In this document: positions 28,751 through 40,241 of the stretch, piece by piece
How positions within the stretch are numbered: position 1 is the first letter of the stretch
How the letters are laid out: every line of letters starts with the position of its first letter
Translations under genes and position numbers: made by a program
The notes under the pieces: model-generated
What the model was told of the DNA's origin: nothing
The model's input: only the letters and a program-made list of their open reading frames with translations
The model's database searches: none
IMG/VR virus record: IMGVR_UViG_2061766007_000649
Origin: an uncultured virus (IMG/VR IMGVR_UViG_2061766007_000649)
Lineage: Duplodnaviria > Heunggongvirae > Uroviricota > Caudoviricetes > Crassvirales
DNA length: 64,000 bases
Reading direction: 5' to 3' (one strand)

Positions 28751-29632
28751 ATGGCAGAAGATACTAAAACTTATGTCTTTGGTGGTGACCAGGTTCCTGC
28801 TTGGCTTGCCTATGGTAATAACAACAATGGTTGGTTTGGTGGTAATGGCTTAGCTGGTGGCGCTCTTGGCTTCCTTTTAGGCCTTGTCTTTGGTAATGGT
28901 GGCTTCGGTAACTGGGGTGGTTTCAATGGTGGCAATGGTGCCGCTGCTGCTTCTCTTGGTGCTCAGGCTACTGCTTATAATAACACTGACCTTCTGATGA
29001 ATGCTATTAATGGTACTGATGCTGATATTAGAGCCCTTGCTACTATGTCCAATAGTGACTTTGACTCTATGAAGACTGCTCTTGCTACTCTTAATGCTGG
29101 TCTTGTGAATGTTGGTTCTCAGATTGGTATGAGTTCTCTGCAGGTTGTCAATGCTATTCAGTCTGGTAATGCTGCTCTGGCTGCTCAGCTTGCTCAGTGT
29201 TGCTGCGAGAACAGACTTCTCACAACTCAGCAAGGCTATGAAGCTAGAATTCAAACCATTGAGCAAACTAATCAATTAGGTTCTCAGGCTGACAGAAATG
29301 CCAAAGCCATCACTGACGCTATTGCAGCTCAAACAGTTGCAATGAATGACGGGTTCTGTGCTATCAAGGAGAGAGAACTCCAGAGCAAGATTGACACTCA
29401 ATCTGAAATTATAACTCAACTTAGAGGTCAGATTGACAACGCCAACCAGACTGCTCAGATAGCCGCTATGCTTGCTCCTATTAAGAGCGAGGTTGATTCT
29501 ATTAAGGCTTCCCAACCAAACACTGTTCCTGTTCAATGGCCTAACCTTGTTGCCGTGAATAATACTCCTTATTCTGGGGGTTTCTATGGTTATGGCTATG
29601 GTTATGGTAATGGCGGTTCCTATTGGGGCTAA
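28751..29632 (+). CDS. Gly-rich hydrophobic / coiled-coil protein with CCC motif, function unknown
   Basis: GGNGLAGGALGFLLGLVFG, long heptads, QLAQCCCENR, GY-rich C-terminus. Confidence 0.9.
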   Translation: MAEDTKTYVFGGDQVPAWLAYGNNNNGWFGGNGLAGGALGFLLGLVFGNGGFGNWGGFNGGNGAAAASLGAQATAYNNTDLLMNAINGTDADIRALATMSNSDFDSMKTALATLNAGLVNVGSQIGMSSLQVVNAIQSGNAALAAQLAQCCCENRLLTTQQGYEARIQTIEQTNQLGSQADRNAKAITDAIAAQTVAMNDGFCAIKERELQSKIDTQSEIITQLRGQIDNANQTAQIAAMLAPIKSEVDSIKASQPNTVPVQWPNLVAVNNTPYSGGFYGYGYGYGNGGSYWG

Positions 29633-29649
29633 AGTATAGGAGGNNNNNN

Positions 29650-29980
29650 NNNNNNNNNNNNNNNNNNAATACATTAACATCAATGGAATCCCAACAATAG
29701 AGGTGAGGAGAATTGTAGTTTCGGATACTTCAGTGGTATTCCAGTTCAGGCCAGACTTTGACGGAACTCCTTTCAGGGGTTTACTCTTAGTCTATATGCC
29801 TGAAGCTATCCCTACTGGTACTACCACAACTTTACCTGTTCAACTTGCAATGGCGGGCAATACTCAAACATTAACCACTGCTGGTGGAGAGGATGTTACT
29901 GTTGCTGATATGGCGGGTACTGGGGTNNNNNNNNNNNNNNNNNNNNNNNNNNNNNNNNNNNNNNNNNNNNNNNNNNNNNN
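29650..29980 (+). CDS. small beta-rich protein of the CCC cassette (ends in gaps)
   Basis: YININGIPTIEV...FRGLLLVYMPEAIPTGTTTTLPV...VADMAGTG. Confidence 0.7.
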
Positions 29981-30487
29981 NNNNNNAAATTTATATATTT
30001 CATAGGGGAGACAATCCCAGAATGGAAATCGGATATGTTGTAAATCAGCCTATCCCCAGACCTAAGTATCAGTTGCCTGCTGCATTTGGGCAGCCACAAG
30101 AAACTGTAGTTGATNNNNNNNNNNNNNNNNNNNNNNNNNNNNNNNNNNNNNNNNACCTATAATTATAATAACTTGCCTGCACAGCAAGATGTAGCAGACT
30201 CAGTCAGTAATGGTGAGAGTTTAATTGTTTCAGACAGCAGAGATGCTATTAGCTCTGAAATAATCAATCTTAAGCAGAAGAGCCTTGATATTGCCAATAG
30301 CAAAGATTATCACCTAGCTATGGTAGATAAGTACGATAAGGTTCTTTTAGAGATTCATCCAGAGATGGCAGAGAAACAGGAGCAAAAGCAAGAAATGGAT
30401 ACTCTCAAAAAGCAAATGGATGAGATGTCTAAAAGTATTGCCGCCCTTATGGAAGCCAACAAGGATTTGATTGCTAGGCTAACTTAA
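29975..30487 (+). CDS. cassette protein with C-terminal coiled coil (start in gap)
   Basis: LYIFHRGDNPRMEIGYVV...LLEIHPEMAEKQEQKQEMDTLKKQM. Confidence 0.7.
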
Positions 30488-30499
30488 AAGTGTACTAAT

Positions 30500-30727
30500 A
30501 TGAAAATGTGGGAAATTAGAGAACAAGACAGCCACAAGGATGATTATAGAAGTGGCTATAGAGGAAGCTATCGCTATGGCAGCAGAATGGGTATGAAGAG
30601 CCCAGATGAGGCTTATGATGAAGGCTACGAGTGTGGCTATGAGGATGGTTATGCTAAAGCTATGAAAGACACTTTCTACTCTCATAGTGATAAAGATTCT
30701 TATGGTGAAAGAAGAATGTCGCGGTAA
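30500..30727 (+). CDS. low-complexity Tyr/Gly/Arg/Ser protein
   Basis: YRSGYRGSYRYGSR; AYDEGYECGYEDGY. Confidence 0.75.
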   Translation: MKMWEIREQDSHKDDYRSGYRGSYRYGSRMGMKSPDEAYDEGYECGYEDGYAKAMKDTFYSHSDKDSYGERRMSR

Positions 30728-30737
30728 GTTTAATCTT

Positions 30738-30765
30738 GGGGAGTAGAAGTCTACTCCCCTTTATT
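30738..30765 (+). terminator. intrinsic terminator/attenuator inside cassette
   Basis: GGGGAGTAGA-ag-TCTACTCCCC followed by TTT. Confidence 0.7.
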
Positions 30766-30776
30766 GTTTTTAGATT

Positions 30777-31184
30777 ATGAGACTAGATTATAAAGAAAAG
30801 TTTCCAGATGGAATGGAGGAATATCTCTCTATGAATGGTTGGCACTTCAATAAGAAGATGTGTGAGTGGGCTTCTTCTAGAATGTATAAGGAGAATAGAC
30901 AGGGCAAAAAGGAATATATTGAACCCTATACCAGGGAATCATTTAACAAGCTTTGCAATAACTTTGGTATAAAAGTAGAAGCTAAGGGCTATGATGATGT
31001 ATATATTGCCAATATGTGCAAGGCTGATTTCTTAGGAAGTTCTGTTCTAGATGAAATCAATTTAGTGCAGTATGTTAAGGATGTTGTGGAAGACCCAGAT
31101 GCATATGAGGGAATGCCCTTCACTAGATTCTATGCTGACTGCATTGGTTCTGGCACTCCTATTCCTTGGGGGGATGTGCTATGA
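30777..31184 (+). CDS. hypothetical protein of cassette
   Basis: YLSMNGWHFNKKMCEWA...ANMCKADF...DPDAYEG...FYADC. Confidence 0.8.
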   Translation: MRLDYKEKFPDGMEEYLSMNGWHFNKKMCEWASSRMYKENRQGKKEYIEPYTRESFNKLCNNFGIKVEAKGYDDVYIANMCKADFLGSSVLDEINLVQYVKDVVEDPDAYEGMPFTRFYADCIGSGTPIPWGDVL

Positions 31185-31223
31185 TTGTACAAGATATATA
31201 CTTGGAGGACTATGATTGGTCTA
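31181..31223 (+). CDS. 5' fragment of a gene running into a 767-nt gap
   Basis: ATGA overlap; MIVQDIYLEDYDWS. Confidence 0.55.
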
Positions 31224-31990
31224 NNNNNNNNNNNNNNNNNNNNNNNNNNNNNNNNNNNNNNNNNNNNNNNNNNNNNNNNNNNNNNNNNNNNNNNNNNNNN
31301 NNNNNNNNNNNNNNNNNNNNNNNNNNNNNNNNNNNNNNNNNNNNNNNNNNNNNNNNNNNNNNNNNNNNNNNNNNNNNNNNNNNNNNNNNNNNNNNNNNNN
31401 NNNNNNNNNNNNNNNNNNNNNNNNNNNNNNNNNNNNNNNNNNNNNNNNNNNNNNNNNNNNNNNNNNNNNNNNNNNNNNNNNNNNNNNNNNNNNNNNNNNN
31501 NNNNNNNNNNNNNNNNNNNNNNNNNNNNNNNNNNNNNNNNNNNNNNNNNNNNNNNNNNNNNNNNNNNNNNNNNNNNNNNNNNNNNNNNNNNNNNNNNNNN
31601 NNNNNNNNNNNNNNNNNNNNNNNNNNNNNNNNNNNNNNNNNNNNNNNNNNNNNNNNNNNNNNNNNNNNNNNNNNNNNNNNNNNNNNNNNNNNNNNNNNNN
31701 NNNNNNNNNNNNNNNNNNNNNNNNNNNNNNNNNNNNNNNNNNNNNNNNNNNNNNNNNNNNNNNNNNNNNNNNNNNNNNNNNNNNNNNNNNNNNNNNNNNN
31801 NNNNNNNNNNNNNNNNNNNNNNNNNNNNNNNNNNNNNNNNNNNNNNNNNNNNNNNNNNNNNNNNNNNNNNNNNNNNNNNNNNNNNNNNNNNNNNNNNNNN
31901 NNNNNNNNNNNNNNNNNNNNNNNNNNNNNNNNNNNNNNNNNNNNNNNNNNNNNNNNNNNNNNNNNNNNNNNNNNNNNNNNNNNNNNNNNN

Positions 31991-32952
31991 GTGAAGAGAA
32001 TCAAGAAAAGGAAGACACCATTTCTGAACAAGAAACGGGTTCTTCTCCTACAAACAACTTCTACTCTTCCATTGCCAAAGCCTTAAAAGAAGATGGTGTC
32101 TTCCCTGATCTTGATGATGAAACAGTTGACGGAATTAAAGAGGCCGAAGATTTAGCAAAAGCTATTGAGTCCCAGATTAAAGCTGGACTTGATGAGAAGC
32201 AGCGCAGAATTGATGAGGCTCTTGATTTAGGTGTTGAGCCAGACCTCGTCAAGCAGTATGAAAATACTCTTGCATACTTAGACAGTATTACAGAGGAAAA
32301 GATTTCTGCTGAAGATGAGGCTGGTGAGAACCTAAGAAAGCAACTGATTTATCAGGATTTAATTAACAAGGGATATAGCAAAGATGAAGCTATGGAAGAG
32401 CTTGAAGACATCTTTGCAAGTGGCAGTGACCAGAAGAAAGCCAAAAGAGCATTATCTGCTAACAAGGACTTCTTTAAGTCTAACTACAAGAAGGTTGTAG
32501 AAGAGGCTAGACTGGAAACTGAGAAAGAGGCACAGGAAAGAGATAAGCAGGCTGCGGCACTAAAGAAATCCATCCTAGAGGATAAGGAAGTATTCAAGGA
32601 CCTTCAGGTGGACAAGGCTACTAGACAAAAGATTTATGACAATATTAGTAAGCCTGTTTACAAAGACAAGGAGACTGGTGAATACTTCACTGCTCTTCAA
32701 AAGTATGAGAGAGAAAACAAGACTGAATTCTTAAAGAATGTTGGTCTGCTATTTACTCTTACTGATGGCTTCAAAAACCTTGATGGTTTAGTTAAACCTC
32801 AGGTTAAGAAAGAAGTTAAAAAGGGTCTCAGAGAATTGGAACATACGCTGAACAATACAGCAAGGACCTCCAACGGCAATATTAAATTTGTGAGTGGAGT
32901 CAGTGATGATCCAAATTCATTCATCAATGGTAAATGGGACCTTGATGTGTAA
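31991..32952 (+). CDS. acidic pre-capsid protein (scaffold-like), start in gap
   Basis: acidic and helical; immediately upstream of MCP as in Crassvirales. Confidence 0.7.
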
Positions 32953-32987
32953 TCACAAGTTCAATTTTATTATAATAAAACTAAATT

Positions 32988-34476
32988 ATGGCTGGANNNN
33001 NNNNNNNNNNNNNNNNNNNNNNNNNNNNNNNNNNNNNNNNNNNNNNNNNTTTTTCAGTTAGCTCCTCAAAAGGCCAGCAACCTTATGGTTCAACTGCTTG
33101 CCTATTATAGAGGTAAGACTCTTGATACATTCCTGAGTCAGTTCCCTGCCAAGGAGTTTGATACTGATGACGAGTACACATGGGATGTCGTTGGTTCTTC
33201 TAGAAGAAACATTCCTCTCGTTGAGGCCAGAGGCATCAATGGTTCTGTTATTAGCGCGGGTGTTGCCGGTGCCAATACCGAGCCTTTCTATGTTGTCTTC
33301 GGTGAGGATTGGTTTGCTGATGGTGAGGTGATTGTTGGTGAGAAGAATGAGGTCTATCCTCTTAGAATTCTCGGTGACCCTCGCATGGAAGGTACCAATG
33401 CTGTTTACAAGGTTGAGTTAATGGGTGCCAACACTGCTGGTATGCCTGCTTCTGAACTCACTGCTGGTAAGAGATTCTCTGTTGAGTATGCTCCAGTTGA
33501 GAAGGAACTCTCCAGAAAGGTTGGTGATGTCAGATTCAGCTCTCCTATCTCTATGAGAAATGAGTTCTCTACTATCAGAATCCAACACAAGGTTCCTGGT
33601 TCTATGCTTAACAAGAAGCTTGCTGTCGGTATCCCTGTTACTGAGGCTACTGAGAGTGGCAAACTTAACAAGACTGTTAAGGATATGTGGATGCATGTTG
33701 TTGACTGGGAGGTTGAGTGCCAGTGGTCTGACTACAAGAACAACATCCTCATGTATGGTAGAAGCAACAGAACTGCTAGTGGTGAGTATATGAACTTCGG
33801 TAAGTCTGGCAACGTCATTAAGATGGGTGCTGGTCTTAGAGAGCAAATGGAGGTTGCCAATACTATGTATTACAACACCTTCTCTCTTAAGCTTCTTGAG
33901 GATGCTCTTTATGAGCTCTCTGCTGCTAAGCTTGACTTTGGTGACAGATACTTCGTCATTAAGACTGGTGAGCGTGGTGCTTCCCAATTCCACAAGGCTG
34001 TCCTGAATGAAATCTCTGGTTGGACTCAATTTGAGATTGACAACAGCTCTGTCAAGGTTATCAACAGAACTTCTTCTCCTCTGCACAGCAATGCCCTCAC
34101 TGCTGGCTTCCAGTTCACTGAGTTCATGGCTCCTAATGGTGTCAGAGTGAAGATTGATGTGGATCCTTTCTACGATGACCCTGTGAGAAATAAGGTTATC
34201 CATCCTGATGGTGGTGTTGCCGAGTCTTACAGATATGACATTCTCTACATCGGTACTATGGATCAGCCTAACATCTTCAAGTGCAAGGTGCGTGGTGATG
34301 AGGAGTACAGAGGCTATCAGTGGGGTCTTAGAAATCCTTTCACAGGTGCTAAGAACAACCCTTACATGAGCTTCGATGAGGATGCTGCGGTTATCCACAG
34401 AATGGCCACTCTTGGTGTCTGTGTTCTTGACCCTACCATAACAATGTCTTTGATTCCTGCTGTCCTGCAGGCCTAA
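32988..34476 (+). CDS. major capsid protein
   Basis: ATG 32988, about 495 aa; MRNEFSTIRIQH, MGAGLREQME, TGERG; strong codon bias; position in head module. Confidence 0.92.
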
Positions 34477-34486
34477 GATAACACAT

Positions 34487-34518
34487 AAAGGGAGGAGTAA
34501 ACCTCCTCCCTTTATTTT
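34487..34518 (+). terminator. intrinsic terminator
   Basis: AAAGGGAGGAG-taaac-CTCCTCCCTTT. Confidence 0.8.
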
Positions 34519-34539
34519 AAATATAAAAAGGAGAATTAT

Positions 34540-35547
34540 ATGAAAAAAATGGAAGAGAAAGTTGATTATTCTGCACAGAACTTTGAAATTGATGATTCAC
34601 CCGTTGAGGTGGTTCCTGTAAAGGCAAGTCCCAAAGCTAGCAAGAAGGAAGTTGAGGATGTGGTTGAGGATACTTCAGANNNNNNNNNNNNNNNNNNNNN
34701 NNNNNNNNNNNTCAGAAATGAGAGAGTTGTGGTTAGGCACATTCCTAAGGAAGGTGGCACCATTACAAATCCCAAGCATCTTCTTTATGGTGGTATGGCT
34801 GAGGGTGCTTCAAGAACTTTTGTGGTCCCCAGACTACGCTCTGGTTCTTTTGTTAATGTTTTAACAAATGCGGAGAAGAAGTTCCTAGAAGATGTTATGA
34901 TGCTCGACCCTAATACATTGAGCTCATTAAGAAAGAATAATAACTACTGGGAATCTGCAAAAGTCAGACTGCTTAAGCAGGACAATTATTTAGACCTTTC
35001 AAGTCCTGAAGATTATATCAAGTATAAGATTTTGTTAGCCAACAAGGACTATATTGCTCCTTCTTTACAGGCTCTACAAGATGACCCTAAAGCCACTTAT
35101 CAATATGTTATTATTGCTGAGGGTGAGGAGAACAAGAGAGCTAAGGACAATATGAGTGCTGTTATGAAGTGCTACAAGGAATATGGTAAAGTTGAGGATG
35201 ATGCATATACTCTTAGAGTTATCATTGAGTCCATTGATGGTCGTCCTACCTCTCCTACTGCTAACCTTGAGTTCTTGCAGACAAAGATTAATAATCTTAT
35301 ACAGGCTGATAGTAAACTATTCTTAAGAGTCATCACTGACCCCTATTTGAATACTAAGGTTCTTATTAAGAAGGCCGTTGAAAAGGGAGTTATTTCTAAT
35401 AGAGATAATCACTATTACCTGAGAGAGGATAACACTCCTCTATGTGAGGCCAACGAGGAAGCCACATTATCAAGTGCTGCTAAGTATTTGAATTCCCCCA
35501 AACATCAGGATGTACTCTTTGCTGTTCAAGCAAAAGTAAAAGATTAA
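34540..35547 (+). CDS. conserved Crassvirales post-capsid protein
   Basis: LDLSSPEDYIKYKILLAN; position after MCP. Confidence 0.8.
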   Translation: MKKMEEKVDYSAQNFEIDDSPVEVVPVKASPKASKKEVEDVVEDTSXXXXXXXXXXXXRNERVVVRHIPKEGGTITNPKHLLYGGMAEGASRTFVVPRLRSGSFVNVLTNAEKKFLEDVMMLDPNTLSSLRKNNNYWESAKVRLLKQDNYLDLSSPEDYIKYKILLANKDYIAPSLQALQDDPKATYQYVIIAEGEENKRAKDNMSAVMKCYKEYGKVEDDAYTLRVIIESIDGRPTSPTANLEFLQTKINNLIQADSKLFLRVITDPYLNTKVLIKKAVEKGVISNRDNHYYLREDNTPLCEANEEATLSSAAKYLNSPKHQDVLFAVQAKVKD

Positions 35548-35548
35548 A

Positions 35549-36200
35549 ATGTCAAATCAAGAATTTAGTAACGAGTTTGATATTCTCTATAATAACATTG
35601 CCTCAAACCAGGCTCCTGGCTTAGACCTATATGAGAAATCTGTATATCTAACTTTGGCTGAAGAGCAGCTGGCTCTTACTTATTATAATGGTAAGAATAG
35701 TTCATTAGAGTCCTTTGAAAAAACTGAGGAACTGAGAAGATATCTAGCAACTTTAGTTAGAACAGAGAAGATCACACCTGAAGGAACTTCTTCTCTTTAT
35801 CCACACAAATCAGCAGTGTTTACTCTTCCTAATAAACTTTGGTTTATTACTTATGAGAAGGCTGAATATGCTAGTGATGAAGACAGATGTGCTGCAGGAA
35901 AGGATGCTTCTGTAGTTCCAGTTACTCNNNNNNNNNNNNNNNNNNNNNNNNTTGAAAATCCCTTTAGGGGACCAAATTTAAGAAGAGTCTTAAGATTAGA
36001 TATAGAGGATAATCAAATCGAATTACTTTCAAAATACAGAATTGCTAATTACACAGTTAGATATTTAGAATATATTTCTCCTATAGTTCTTACAGACCTT
36101 GATGATGGCCTGACAGTTAATGGAGAATCCCAAGAAACTGAATGTAAATTTCCTGAAGGANNNNNNNNNNNNNNNNNNNNNNNNNNNNNNNNNNNNNNNN
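35549..36200 (+). CDS. tail ring/adaptor protein (end in gap)
   Basis: MSNQEFSNEFDILYNNIASNQAPG...EKSVYLTLAEE; synteny. Confidence 0.65.
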
Positions 36201-36267
36201 NNNNNNNNNNNNNNNNNNNNNNNNNNNNNNNNNNNNNNNNNNNNNNNNNNNNNNNNNNNNNNNNNNN

Positions 36268-37245
36268 GCTAAAGCTGTGGATGCCAGCCTTGACACTGTT
36301 GGTGATATCAAGTTCTCTGCTGCTGGTGATGGCCAAATCATTGCTAAGTATGTTGGTAATGATGGTGTTGTGAGAACTGACCTTATTGACCTTGCTACTC
36401 TTAAGGGTAAGGCTATTAAGGCCTCCAGCATGGCTGAGAATCTTGAGAGTGCCTTTGTTGCCTCTACCTCTGCTGTAGCTGGTCAGGACTATATCCTGAA
36501 GGTTACCTGCACTGAGTTTGGTGGTATGACTCCTGAGGACAAGGGTTTCATCTTTGCTGATTATAGAGCCAAGAGTGGTGATGCTGCTAAGAATGTTCTT
36601 GCTGAACTCGCTGTTGCTCTTGCTAACAACGCTGCTAAGGCTGCTTATAGCAAGGTCATCAATGTCTTTGTGACTACTGCTGCTACCCCTAGCACTGCTC
36701 TTACTCTCAACTCAAACCTTTGGGCTGTTGAGGCCGGTGCTTCTGCTACTACCGTTGCTGCCTATGGTTCCCTCACCGCTATCATTGTTGAGGCTGCCGA
36801 GCAACCTTGGGCTCTTGGTAAGTCTGATGCTGCCAGAGTGAGCATTGAGGTTTCTTCTGACCCTATCATGTCCTCTGGTATTGAGACTGCTTGGGCCACT
36901 GTTACCAAGAATGTTGCTCATCCTTCTGGTCCTGTCAAGAATAGCAAGAAGATTGCTGACCTTGAGTGGTTTGCCTTTGGTGAGAGAGCTGACATCTACA
37001 GAGGTATTGGTTATCCTAACAACTTTGAGTTCACTCCTCTTGTGAACCCTGCTGCTACCTATGGCTATCATGTCATTGAGCTTACTTGGGCTTACCAAGG
37101 TGATGCTGAGGACATTCAGAAGTCTCCTAAGGAGCTTGTGATTGTTTCTCCTGCTGAGGGTGACACAACCTACACGGTTATCAACGCTGTTGCTGGTGAT
37201 ATCAACTCTGCTGCTGGTACAACAGTTGTTGCCACACTTGCTTAA
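36268..37245 (+). CDS. abundant structural protein, probable auxiliary capsid protein (start in gap)
   Basis: MCP-like codon bias; IADLEWFAFGERADIYRG, QKSPKELVIV; followed by terminator. Confidence 0.7.
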   Translation, partial: AKAVDASLDTVGDIKFSAAGDGQIIAKYVGNDGVVRTDLIDLATLKGKAIKASSMAENLESAFVASTSAVAGQDYILKVTCTEFGGMTPEDKGFIFADYRAKSGDAAKNVLAELAVALANNAAKAAYSKVINVFVTTAATPSTALTLNSNLWAVEAGASATTVAAYGSLTAIIVEAAEQPWALGKSDAARVSIEVSSDPIMSSGIETAWATVTKNVAHPSGPVKNSKKIADLEWFAFGERADIYRGIGYPNNFEFTPLVNPAATYGYHVIELTWAYQGDAEDIQKSPKELVIVSPAEGDTTYTVINAVAGDINSAAGTTVVATLA

Positions 37246-37262
37246 TTGAAAATAACAAACTA

Positions 37263-37290
37263 AGGAGGAGGCTAGTCCTCCTCCTTTTTT
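37263..37290 (+). terminator. intrinsic terminator
   Basis: AGGAGGAGG-ctagt-CCTCCTCCTTTTTT. Confidence 0.8.
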
Positions 37291-37301
37291 AATTTTCTCA
37301 T

Positions 37302-37859
37302 ATGATTAAATTTACAGAATTACGAGTTCACAAAGGGCACCTCATTATAACTGCAGAGGTAAGGCAGACTAAAGATTACTATGATGATGTCTACATTAAG
37401 CAGATTAAAATAGATACTCAGGATACATTTAGCTCTTCTGGACCCTCTGACCACTTAGTCTATGAGAGTGAGATTTTTGCAGACAATCCTAGATATATTA
37501 CATTGGATTTAGGGCCTCAGGACTTCTACACAGATTTAGATATGAATAGAACTATGTTCTTTGTCTATGCTATTTCTGGAGGGTACCCTGCCCCCGATAC
37601 CCCTTGTGGATTTGATGATGAAGTTTCTGTAGGTGTTACTTTCTCATTATGCCCTATTTATAATGAGACAATGCAGTATGTTAAGCAAGTTGAAAATAGC
37701 TGTGAGCTACCGAGAGACTTTATTAATATGATACTGCNNNNNNNNNNNNNNNNNNNNNNNNNNNNNNCTGGACACTTCACTCAAGCCATTAAATATTACA
37801 ATAAGTTTTATAAAAACTTTAGTGCGGGTGTCGTTGATTCCTGTGGTTGTCATGGATAA
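37302..37859 (+). CDS. tail hub-like structural protein
   Basis: PAPDTPCGFD, terminal CGCHG; synteny. Confidence 0.65.
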   Translation: MIKFTELRVHKGHLIITAEVRQTKDYYDDVYIKQIKIDTQDTFSSSGPSDHLVYESEIFADNPRYITLDLGPQDFYTDLDMNRTMFFVYAISGGYPAPDTPCGFDDEVSVGVTFSLCPIYNETMQYVKQVENSCELPRDFINMILXXXXXXXXXXXGHFTQAIKYYNKFYKNFSAGVVDSCGCHG

Positions 37860-38207
37860 TTTATTGTATGAATCTTGTTTAAGGTATTTTACTTCTCTTG
37901 CTAACTACGGTTTCAGGAGTGAGAAGGATGTCAAAAAATTATTATTTTATNNNNNNNNNNNNNNNNNNNNNNNNNNGAGGAAGATTATAAGCATTTAGAG
38001 AACGCTCTATACTGCATGTATGGAACTACTTGTTTAATGCCTTATCCAAATTATTGTGAAAGACCTATGTATGCACATTTAGGAGATATTGCAGAACTCT
38101 CTGCCAGACTGGGTAAACTTGAAGATACCCATGTTGATAAATCTGATTTAACTGCTAGTGAGGAGGCTGATCCAGATGCTCCTTATGAGCCTATAACTAA
38201 GGACTAA
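37852..38207 (+). CDS. tail hub-like structural protein 2
   Basis: MDNLLYESCLRYFTSL...LYCMYGTTCLMPYP; spans gap. Confidence 0.6.
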
Positions 38208-38254
38208 GTCCTTAGAGAATCATTTAGTTAAATGATAAGAAAATAATAAGAACA

Positions 38255-38287
38255 TTGCAAATATGAATTACTTTATTTATATTTGCA
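38255..38287 (+). promoter_or_regulatory. Bacteroidota sigma-A-type promoter embedded in an inverted repeat
   Basis: TTG (38255), N20, TATATTTGCA (38278). Confidence 0.65.
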
Positions 38288-38311
38288 ATGTTTTATTAAT
38301 TATAATAGGAT

Positions 38312-39027
38312 ATGAATACATATAGAGAGATAGTANNNNNNNNNNNNNNNNNNNNNNNNNNNNNNNNNNNNNNATACTCAAGACCATATAATATTTCTAG
38401 CAGATAAGTATAGAGCTGCACTATTAAAGCAGGCATATAATGACATAAAGAAGCCTGTCCCAGATAGTAATTATCAGACTATATGCTTAAATCTNNNNNN
38501 NNNNNNNNNNNNNNNNNNNNNNNNNNNNNNNNNNNNNNNNNNNNNNNNNNNNNNNNNNNNNACCAGATATTCTGCCTTTAGGTACTCCAAGAGTTTCCCC
38601 ACCAGACTTTCTGGTTGGAGAGGTAACATATGTTAGTTATGAGAGATTTAGGTTTGTAGGACATAACAAGTGGCTCAAGAACATTATCTACTGTACTATA
38701 GGACCAGATAATAAATTATATTTAAATGGGNNNNNNNNNNNNNNNNNNNNNNNNNNNNNNNCTGGAATATTTGAGGATGGGGCCAAAGCTGCGGCACTTT
38801 CTTGTGATGGAGATGGCACTGCTGCCTGTGACCCTTTAGATGCAGATTTTCCTCTTGAGGAGGCTTTTATTCCTAACCTAATTGCTGCTATTGTTAAAGA
38901 CCTTCTTGGTGCCTCATACAGACCTAAGGATGAGAATAATAACGCCAATGACGATTTATCTGACCTTGCTGCCTTTATTAGAAGAAACATTAAGTCGGAA
39001 TTAAATAAACAAATTAGTGGCTCCTAG
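38312..39027 (+). CDS. tail ring protein (gap-broken)
   Basis: MNTYREIV...YRAALLKQ...YQTICL...GIFED...CDPLDADFPLE...DENNNAND. Confidence 0.65.
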
Positions 39028-39029
39028 TT

Positions 39030-39573
39030 ATGGAAGAAGAGGAGTTTATTGCCAGAGTAAAGAATGTAAAAGGAAATAGAACTCATAAAGTTACTGGCTC
39101 TCTTGGAGTATATGATGCCTTTAAATGGTATAGAAAGCACAAACCTGAAGGCAAGAAGTTTGTACTAACTGATTCTCAATATTTTAGAATCATAAGATCT
39201 GTTAATATGCTTCTTAGGGAAGAACTCCTGCAGAGTGATGATATAGTTCTGCCTTGCAAAATGNNNNNNNNNNNNNNNNNNNNNNNNNNNNNNNNNNGAG
39301 CCAGTGATTAAAAGAGTTTCTGGGAAGATTAAAACTAATCTTCCTATAGATTGGCAGGCAACTCTTAAACTTTGGTATGAGGATGCAGAGTGTTTTGATA
39401 AAAAACTTACAGTCAAAGCAAATGTTCCTAAAATATTTAAAGTATACTACAACAAGAGCACTGCTAACTATAANNNNNNNNNNNNNNNNNNNNNNNNNGA
39501 ACTTAAAGTTTTACTGAAGCAAAAAATAAAATCAGACAGTAAGTTTGATGCTTTCTCTGTAAATTATCAATGA
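39030..39573 (+). CDS. IHF-like protein of the Crassvirales tail module
   Basis: YFRIIRSVN...IVLPCKM...PIDWQATLKLW; two fragments joined at gap. Confidence 0.65.
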
Positions 39574-39574
39574 T

Positions 39575-40238
39575 ATGAAATATATAAGTGTTAGACAAAT
39601 TCTTGATGACCTTCTTGCAGATGATATGATGCGGGGGCTGTCTCTTGAAAGAGCAGTTAACTATGCTGCAGAATTTATGCAGGTTGTAGGAATGCCACCA
39701 GAGTTTGAAAACAAAGTTGAAAAGGTTGAAATAGAGGACTGGAGGGGCAAACTTCCCTGTGATTTATATGAGATAGTCCAAGTGAAGGACCCTAAGGGAT
39801 TTGCCTATATTTCAGCTGAAGGAAGTTTTGGTAATAGGAATCACCCAGAGCAGTACCCCGCTTTTACTTATATGGTGAAGGGGGATATAATCTTTACTTC
39901 TACAAAGAGTATTGATTTACTGGTTTCTTATTTGGCTATTCCAACAGATGATTATGGGTTCCCTTTAATTCCTGAAAATGCCGCATATATCAGAGCATTA
40001 GANNNNNNNNNNNNNNNNNNNNNNNNNNNNNNNNNNNNNNAAGATTAATCAGAATGTTTTAGCCAATACTCAACAGGAGTATGCTTTCTATGTTGGACAG
40101 GCTCAGTCTGATTTAATTCGTCCTTCTCTTGACCAAATGGAGTCTATCAAGAATATGTGGACCACCCTTATTCCTAAGGTACATAAACACGCTGATGGCT
40201 TCAAGACAGTCAACAATCCCGAGGTTCTAAAATTTTAA
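39575..40238 (+). CDS. tail tubular/ring protein
   Basis: GKLPCDL, SYLAIPTDDYGFPLIP...AL; continues past gap to TAA 40238. Confidence 0.75.
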
Positions 40239-40241
40239 GTT

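Noticed and set aside
31166..32086. Long ORFs spanning the 31224-31990 gap
   Set aside because: Artefacts of translating N; content unknown
33418..34398. 326-aa antisense ORF over the capsid gene (similar shadows at 28877, 36712, 62813)
   Set aside because: Shadow ORFs caused by codon bias of the sense genes
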